32,000 nt of DNA. Origin: Acaryochloris thomasi RCC1774 (lineage in GTDB: Bacteria; Cyanobacteriota; Cyanobacteriia; Thermosynechococcales; Thermosynechococcaceae). Below the pieces are notes generated by a model. It was given only the letters and a program-made list of their open reading frames with translations. It did not search any database and had not been told where the DNA came from. Below, one piece after another: positions 26,932 to 32,000 of this stretch. Positions within the stretch are counted from its first letter, which is position 1; every line of letters starts with the position of its first letter. Both the position numbers and the translations under genes were made by a program. The stretch lies in the NCBI RefSeq assembly GCF_003231495.1, contig NZ_PQWO01000001.1:390001-422000 (forward strand), read 5' to 3'.

Positions 26932-27255
26932 GCTCTCTGCAGATTTAAGCCTACTAAAAGTAGATATTTGTGAAGATCGACCACCGGTTTACAACTAGAG
27001 CAAGATGCATTTTACGCTTTAATTTGTCATACAGCATAGCCGTTCAGAGTTTGATCTACAGACCTTTTCGGCAATGCTATAACAAGCGATCAGAGATATG
27101 AATACAGAGGATTTTGGCTGAGAAGTTAACCGTTCTCTCACGGTTGGCAGCAGCTCCCTGACTGTATTGATGCTTTAATAGCACATCTGATGAACTCAAG
27201 TCTTCAGAATAAGGGAATACTGTCTTAGGCGTCTCATTCCAGGATAATCACCATT

Positions 27256-27477
27256 ATGATTGACCCTGATTACCCACACATTGTTCTTGCTTTTGATCAC
27301 AAAGGCTGGAGAGTTGAAGTTGAGCAAAGCGAACTAAAGGGCTGTACGACGTATTCCGTTTGGGTGAACTACGACCTAGGATGTGCAGTAGCCGTGCCCT
27401 ACGCATCATCTCGGCAAGAGGCGATTAGACTGGCTAAACGATGGATTGATGACCGGCAAGCACAAAATAAGTCATGA
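27256..27477 (+). CDS. Hypothetical 73-aa protein (orphan)
   Basis: A clean ORF with AGGA 12 nt upstream and no overlap with other ORFs. I recognise no family. It is convergent with the VanZ-LamG gene. Confidence 0.4.
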   Translation: MIDPDYPHIVLAFDHKGWRVEVEQSELKGCTTYSVWVNYDLGCAVAVPYASSRQEAIRLAKRWIDDRQAQNKS

Positions 27478-27535
27478 GACTTAACGCTTGTTCTTGTTGA
27501 TATTTCTAAAGAAAAAGAGACTTAAGCGCTGCGGC

Positions 27536-29053
27536 TTATCGCTTCTTTCTGAGTCTAGAGAACACATTAATTGCAATGATGATTATAACCATCATCAAAA
27601 GACTGAGTCTTAAATTATCTTGATTAGAACGCTGCCATTCATTGCCCATAAAAGCATACTGCAGCGCTACTGGAGGCAGAATGAAGCCGATACTGGCCAG
27701 CAAAAACGTCTGAATATTTTTTTTGCAAAGAACGGTAAAAACCCCCAAGATTGCAGCGAGTGGCGCGAAAAATGTAAAGTAATATAGATATCTATAGAGC
27801 CTAATATTTGAAGAGTCAATATCAGAAAACCATAGGTTTTGGAGCTTGGACATCACAAAGATAGGCGTCAGTTCAAATGATCGCCGTCTTCTAGCGCTAT
27901 CAACATAAATCTGAATCAGTTCACCTGTATAGGTAATCACAACCTGATGGGGCAGAGTATCAACAAAAACTCTCGGAAATCTGACCTGAGGGTCAACATA
28001 GTTACCATTCTCAGTAAACAGCATGTGCAGGCGAAAGACTAAGCTCTTGTTCTCTTGCCCGAGCATAAAGTTCCAGTCTGAAGTGTCCTTTGCCAGTGAG
28101 ACTAAACGAGCGGGGCCATCTTGCTCTAAGCTACGGGCCTGAAACTTTACCCCGAAAGAAAACTGGTTCTCTTGCTTTAGTTTTTTAATCAGACGCGTGG
28201 CGGGTTGAGCTGTCTGCAGCCACGAATCCGAGCGAGAGAATGAGCCCAGCGCCGTTTGATCACCTGATGTGGGTCCTTGCCAAATCAGATCGGACAGATT
28301 TCCTGACTGATCTTTGCCACTTCCTTGATCCCCCAACTGATAAAACGCAACAAGATGATCTTGCTGCAGAAGATTGGGGGACTGTCCATCAAGGATAGCT
28401 TTGGTTTCCTTGAACTTGAGTGCATAATCTGTAACCCAAAGTTCTGCGATCGATCCTAGCCAGGGCCGCTCTCCTGTCTGTTCGTTTCCTAACGTGATCG
28501 GGAATTTCTGCTTCCAGTTTGTAATCGACATTTTCTTCAAGCCATAGGCTGAAAATGATAGGGCCAACAGCGTATAAATAATAAATGCGATCGCAAGGCT
28601 TTTAACTGAAAGATTTCTTTTAAATAAAACGATAATTTTATCTATAAATCGGGTGCCCACTTTTTGAAAGCAGAGTACTCCTAACAGACCTCCCAACGTA
28701 TTGATGAAGATATCAGTAAAGGAAGATGTTCTCTCTGGAAGAAATAGTTGCAAACATTCAACAGATGTAGACAGGCCACCACATAGAAATAGTGAAGAGA
28801 GCAGAGACCTATATTTTTTGTGACCTGCATTGATAATGCCTGCCCAGCCAAATCCCAGAGGTAAGAATAGAAGGAGATTGCCCGCTATATCTTTGAGGCC
28901 AATCTCATAGCTAAAATTTTTAAATATTTCTGTGGCTGTTTGAGAATCAGAAAAAGAGAATGAGAAAGGGAATAAAGTGCAGACTGCAATGACGAAAATG
29001 CTAATAACAACCAGCCCTTGAGGCCAGCTATTTGTGTTCTTTACTGTTCCCAT
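27536..29053 (-). CDS. Membrane protein fusing an N-terminal VanZ-like domain, a central LamG/concanavalin-A-like domain and C-terminal TM helices
   Basis: VanZ pattern: DIAGNLLLFLPLGF...VECLQLFLPERTSSFTDIFINTLGGLLG. LamG (Laminin_G_3-like) pattern: QFSFGVKFQARSLEQDGPARLVSLAKDTSDWNFMLGQENKSLVFRL...HQVVITYTGELIQIYVDS. Two to three further TM helices lie at the C-terminus. The gene is strongly AT-rich. Confidence 0.65.
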   Translation of the reverse strand: MGTVKNTNSWPQGLVVISIFVIAVCTLFPFSFSFSDSQTATEIFKNFSYEIGLKDIAGNLLLFLPLGFGWAGIINAGHKKYRSLLSSLFLCGGLSTSVECLQLFLPERTSSFTDIFINTLGGLLGVLCFQKVGTRFIDKIIVLFKRNLSVKSLAIAFIIYTLLALSFSAYGLKKMSITNWKQKFPITLGNEQTGERPWLGSIAELWVTDYALKFKETKAILDGQSPNLLQQDHLVAFYQLGDQGSGKDQSGNLSDLIWQGPTSGDQTALGSFSRSDSWLQTAQPATRLIKKLKQENQFSFGVKFQARSLEQDGPARLVSLAKDTSDWNFMLGQENKSLVFRLHMLFTENGNYVDPQVRFPRVFVDTLPHQVVITYTGELIQIYVDSARRRRSFELTPIFVMSKLQNLWFSDIDSSNIRLYRYLYYFTFFAPLAAILGVFTVLCKKNIQTFLLASIGFILPPVALQYAFMGNEWQRSNQDNLRLSLLMMVIIIIAINVFSRLRKKR

Positions 29054-29087
29054 ACTGTTCTGATTTAGAACGATTGCCGAAGCCTAC

Positions 29088-29093
29088 ATTATA
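29088..29093 (-). promoter_or_regulatory. Candidate -10 box (TATAAT) for the VanZ-LamG gene
   Basis: A perfect TATAAT on the minus strand ends 34 nt upstream of ATG 29053. No good -35 element is present. This is a pattern match only. Confidence 0.25.
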
Positions 29094-29108
29094 GTCACTC
29101 ATTCTGAG

Positions 29109-29137
29109 TAGCCAGCATCAGGGTATTGAACGCTCAG
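29109..29137. repeat. Copy 2 of the shared 29-nt intergenic motif (TAGCCA-N10-TATTGAACGCTCAG)
   Basis: TAGCCAgcatcagggTATTGAACGCTCAG. It matches 6686..6714 at 22 of 29 positions and lies 56-84 nt upstream of the VanZ-LamG start codon. Confidence 0.35.
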
Positions 29138-29221
29138 TGGGTTAGAATCTCGTTTTTCGGCTGCATTGTAGAGGAGATAGATTGATATCTCTGCTTATCG
29201 AGCATTCTAATGTTGATCGCT

Positions 29222-32000
29222 CTAAAGCGTTTTTGCCTCGATCTCGCCCTCTGCTTGGTGAACAAGCGATCGCAACCTCTCCACCATCGTTTCGTCAGCA
29301 TCCCAAAGCCCGCGCTGGTGGGCCTCTAGCAGTCGCTCCGACATATCCCGCAGTGACCAGGGATTCTTTCGTTGTATAAAATCTTGGACTTCAGGATCGA
29401 GTAAATAGGCTTCCGCAACGCCTCGATACATATGATCAGCGACGCAGTGGGTGGTGGCGTCATAGGCAAATAGATAGTCTACAGTTGCCGCCATTTCAAA
29501 AGCGCCTTTATAGCCGTGGCGCATCGCACCTTTAATCCATTTAGGATTGATCACGCGGGAGCGATAAACGCGAGCAAGTTCTTCTTCTAGCTTCCGCACT
29601 TTGGGGTTCGCAGGAATGGCGTTGTCACCGAAGTACACCTCAGGGTTTTGTCCCTGGATAGATCGCACTGCGGCGGTGAGTCCTCCCTGAAACTGGTAGT
29701 AATCATCGGAGTCGAGCAGATCGTGTTCACGGTTATCTTGGTTATGCAACACAATCTGGAGCTGCCCTAAGCGCTGGCGAAAAGCTTCTGGGGCTGAGTG
29801 TTCGGCGGCGATATCGGTTGATGGGTTGGGTTGCGTCAGATCTTCGTTGGGTTGGGCGGTGTAGGCGTAGCTGCTCCAGTTGATGTAGGCACGGGCAAGA
29901 TCTTCGTCGTCCTGCCAGTTTTGAGATTCGATCAGTCCCTGCAGGCCCGCGCCGTAGGCTCCGGGTTTAGAGCCAAAGATTCTGAAACGCGATCGCAACT
30001 CCGCCTCTTCCTCTGAGAGTCCCTGTTCTCGCCAGTCTGATGCTTCTTTGTGAGCCTGTGCCGCTAACGGATTTTGATCGGCAGGCTCCTGTAGATTCGC
30101 TACCGCATTCACGGCCCGATCGAAGAGATCAATCAAGTTAGGAAAAGCATCTCGAAAGAACCCCGAAATCCTGAGCGTCACATCTATGCGGGGACGCCCC
30201 AAAATTGTCAGCGGAATGATCTCAAAATCAATCACCCGTCGCGAGGCCCCTTCCCACATTGGCTGAACGCCCAGTAAAGCAAGGGCTTCGGCCATGTCAT
30301 CTCCGCCGGTTCGCATGGTAGCAGTGCCCCACATTGATAGGCCCAAGGTGCGGGGATAGTCGCCCTGTTCTTGGCAGTAGCGTTCGATTAGCGTCTCAGC
30401 CGCTTTGCGGCCAACATCCCAGGCGCTTTCGGTGGGAAGGGACCGAATATCAACGGAGTAGAAGTTTCGGCCTGTGGGCAGGACATCGGGTCGGCCTCGG
30501 GTGGGTGCGCCGGAGGCACCGCTGGGGACGTACTGGCCGTCTAAGCCGCGCAGGAGGTTGGTTATTTCTTGGGGCGTTTTTTGTAGGTTGGGAAGGAGAG
30601 TGTTCTGAATCCAGATGAGTTCGGATTGGGTGATGGATGATGGGGGATGGGGAAGGGGCAATGGAGGTTTGTCTTGTCTATGCCTTGCCTGAGTAGTTTC
30701 GTTGGGTGCTGCGTTGCCCCCCCGGCCCCCCAATTCTGGGGGGAGAGTCTCGATGGCTGTATTGCTTTCCTTTAGGGGGTTAGGGCTGATAGATTCTTTA
30801 GATGTTTTTAAGACTTGTGTGTCTACCGTTATGTGTGTGGTCGCGCCGAGCAGCTTCTCAACGAGGGTCGTTGCCTCTTGTTCTAGAATTGTGATCGCAT
30901 CTCCAACAATGAGCGAAATTTTAGCAACGCCTTGCACTACGTCTCTGTCCTCTCGCGTCTCAAGTTCCCCAGATTGAGAAGGGAACACCCCTATCTCTCG
31001 CTGCTCTCCCCCCAGAATTGGGGGGCCGGGGGGGCCAGCGCAAAACGCAATGCTCTGATCAACACCATCTTGCAAACAGGCTCGCTGCTGATCCGTTAGT
31101 CGTTCAGCAGGATCAGCCGTCAGTGGGTCTAAATCTAGATTCCAGTCTTGAGCAATAGCTCGTGTAATCCCCACATGGCCAGGGCTAGGATGGCGGGCCA
31201 AGGCAACAATCAGATCCCGAAGCTGTTCACCTTCAGGACATTGACCAAATATGTGGAGGCCGTCTCTGATCTGCGCTTCTTTGAGTTCACACAGGTAGCC
31301 ATCAGCAGTACTCAAAAAGTTATCGAGAATCTGATCAGCTTTATCTTTAGGATTCGGGGCATCAATACCGAGATCTTGATGGAGGTTTTCCTGCTTGATG
31401 AGGGTGACGATGCGATCGCAAATCACGCCCACCCGCGAAGGATCCAAACTCTGTGCCTCGTAATACTCATCAATCAGCGCCTCAAGCTGCAGCAGTGGAC
31501 CGTACAGCTCGGCCCGAGTCAGCGGCGGCGTCAAATGATCAAGAATCACCGCCTGGGCACGACGCTTGGCCTGAGAGCCTTCCCCCGGATCGTTAACGAT
31601 AAACGGATACAGATGGGGCATGGGACCGAGGGCAACCTCGGGGTAGCAGGACTCGGATAGAGCCACGCTTTTACCCGGCAGCCATTCGAGATTGCCGTGC
31701 TTGCCAACGTGAATGATGGCGTGGGCGTTGAAGTGATGCCGTAGCCAAAAGTAAAAAGCGAGATAGGCGTGGGTGGGTTCTAGGTCGGGGGCGTGGTAGT
31801 TGAGGCTGGGGTCTAAATCGTAACCACGAGACGGCTGGATGCCGATAAAGGTTTGACCAAGTTGAAGACCTGCGATCGCAAATCCATCCACTTCTATATA
31901 TTGATCTGGACTGCCCCAGCGGTCGTGTATTTGCTGCTGCACTATTTCCGGCAGTTCAGCAAAATATTGCCGGTAGTCGGCCAGGGAAAGATATTGATAG
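29222..32000 (-). CDS. cobN: Cobaltochelatase subunit CobN, C-terminal roughly 925 codons; the 5' end lies outside the window
   Basis: The frame stays open from the listed GTG (31942) up to the window end (YQYLSLADYRQYFAELPEIVQQQ...). CobN/ChlH family blocks: HVGKHGNLEWLPGK, LPHLYPFIVNDPGEG, GAPTRGRPDVLPTGRNFYS, GGDDMAEALALLGV, ISGFFRD. Confidence 0.9.
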   Translation of the reverse strand, partial: YQYLSLADYRQYFAELPEIVQQQIHDRWGSPDQYIEVDGFAIAGLQLGQTFIGIQPSRGYDLDPSLNYHAPDLEPTHAYLAFYFWLRHHFNAHAIIHVGKHGNLEWLPGKSVALSESCYPEVALGPMPHLYPFIVNDPGEGSQAKRRAQAVILDHLTPPLTRAELYGPLLQLEALIDEYYEAQSLDPSRVGVICDRIVTLIKQENLHQDLGIDAPNPKDKADQILDNFLSTADGYLCELKEAQIRDGLHIFGQCPEGEQLRDLIVALARHPSPGHVGITRAIAQDWNLDLDPLTADPAERLTDQQRACLQDGVDQSIAFCAGPPGPPILGGEQREIGVFPSQSGELETREDRDVVQGVAKISLIVGDAITILEQEATTLVEKLLGATTHITVDTQVLKTSKESISPNPLKESNTAIETLPPELGGRGGNAAPNETTQARHRQDKPPLPLPHPPSSITQSELIWIQNTLLPNLQKTPQEITNLLRGLDGQYVPSGASGAPTRGRPDVLPTGRNFYSVDIRSLPTESAWDVGRKAAETLIERYCQEQGDYPRTLGLSMWGTATMRTGGDDMAEALALLGVQPMWEGASRRVIDFEIIPLTILGRPRIDVTLRISGFFRDAFPNLIDLFDRAVNAVANLQEPADQNPLAAQAHKEASDWREQGLSEEEAELRSRFRIFGSKPGAYGAGLQGLIESQNWQDDEDLARAYINWSSYAYTAQPNEDLTQPNPSTDIAAEHSAPEAFRQRLGQLQIVLHNQDNREHDLLDSDDYYQFQGGLTAAVRSIQGQNPEVYFGDNAIPANPKVRKLEEELARVYRSRVINPKWIKGAMRHGYKGAFEMAATVDYLFAYDATTHCVADHMYRGVAEAYLLDPEVQDFIQRKNPWSLRDMSERLLEAHQRGLWDADETMVERLRSLVHQAEGEIEAKTL
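30716..30747. repeat. Arm 1 of a perfect 32-bp inverted repeat inside cobN (GCCCCCCCGGCCCCCCAATTCTGGGGGGAGAG)
   Basis: This is the exact reverse complement of 31004..31035. It contains its own C6/G6 hairpin (CCCCCCaattctGGGGGG). In the cobN frame it is translated as LPPELGGRGGN. Confidence 0.9.
31004..31035. repeat. Arm 2 of the perfect 32-bp inverted repeat inside cobN (CTCTCCCCCCAGAATTGGGGGGCCGGGGGGGC)
   Basis: This is the exact reverse complement of 30716..30747. In the cobN frame it is translated as GPPGPPILGGE. The two arms bracket 256 bp. Confidence 0.9.

Noticed and set aside
30702-30977. A plus-strand 91-aa ORF spanning the segment bracketed by the cobN inverted repeats, which might have been an alternative reading after inversion. 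Also ORF 31148..31660, antisense to cobN.
   Set aside because: By hand calculation, inversion between the repeat arms would bring a different plus-strand frame (codon starts congruent to 1 mod 3) into the cobN frame. That frame stops at TAG 30781..30783, so the listed ORF (frame 0 mod 3) would not be used. Neither ORF shows protein-like features.
1-32000. A scan for tRNA (GGTTCGAATCC/T-loop-like strings), rRNA, CRISPR-like spaced direct repeats, transposase or integrase ORFs, a CIRCE element and NtcA boxes.
   Set aside because: I found none by eye. The only regularly recurring short repeat is HIP1, which is dispersed and not arrayed. A covariance-model scan (tRNAscan-SE, Infernal/Rfam) would be needed to exclude small RNAs.

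Overview
This 32-kb chromosomal segment is almost certainly cyanobacterial. By eye I found 24 exact copies of the HIP1 octamer GCGATCGC, where about 0.5 would be expected by chance, and most are in the extended form TGCGATCGCA. About 25 protein-coding genes lie on both strands, and most are core or housekeeping functions. In order they are: a 5'-truncated acsF-like cyclase, a decayed hotdog thioesterase and a DM13 lipoprotein. Next comes a LysR regulator divergent from a SnoaL-like protein plus a beta-hydroxyacid-dehydrogenase-like oxidoreductase, then a HicB-like remnant, htpG, an M23 peptidase, smc and msrA. These are followed by a pentapeptide-repeat protein, a carotenoid cleavage oxygenase, an RluA-family pseudouridine synthase, a lipoprotein, a DUF1993 protein and a YihX-like HAD hydrolase. 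The rest are a secreted metallophosphoesterase, an SbcD/Mre11-like nuclease, a DUF3747+SLH envelope protein, a UDP-sugar 4-epimerase, a GT-C (family-39-like) membrane glycosyltransferase, ggt, a 73-aa orphan, a VanZ-LamG membrane fusion protein and a 5'-truncated cobN. I recognised no rRNA, tRNA, CRISPR array, transposase or integrase. I do not see a convincing novel multi-gene system or a defence-island signature. The most unusual observations are: (1) a perfect 32-bp inverted-repeat pair of a C-tract/G-tract hairpin element sitting in-frame inside cobN; (2) an RluA-family synthase whose catalytic-Asp motif reads HRLG instead of HRLD; (3) a 29-nt motif shared by two intergenic regions, upstream of htpG and of the VanZ-LamG gene; (4) two decayed genes (thioesterase, HicB-like); (5) three AT-rich patches (about 35-40% GC against about 55%) that include the acsF-like gene and the VanZ-LamG gene. 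All functional calls come from reading the supplied translations and from motif memory. No database search was run.
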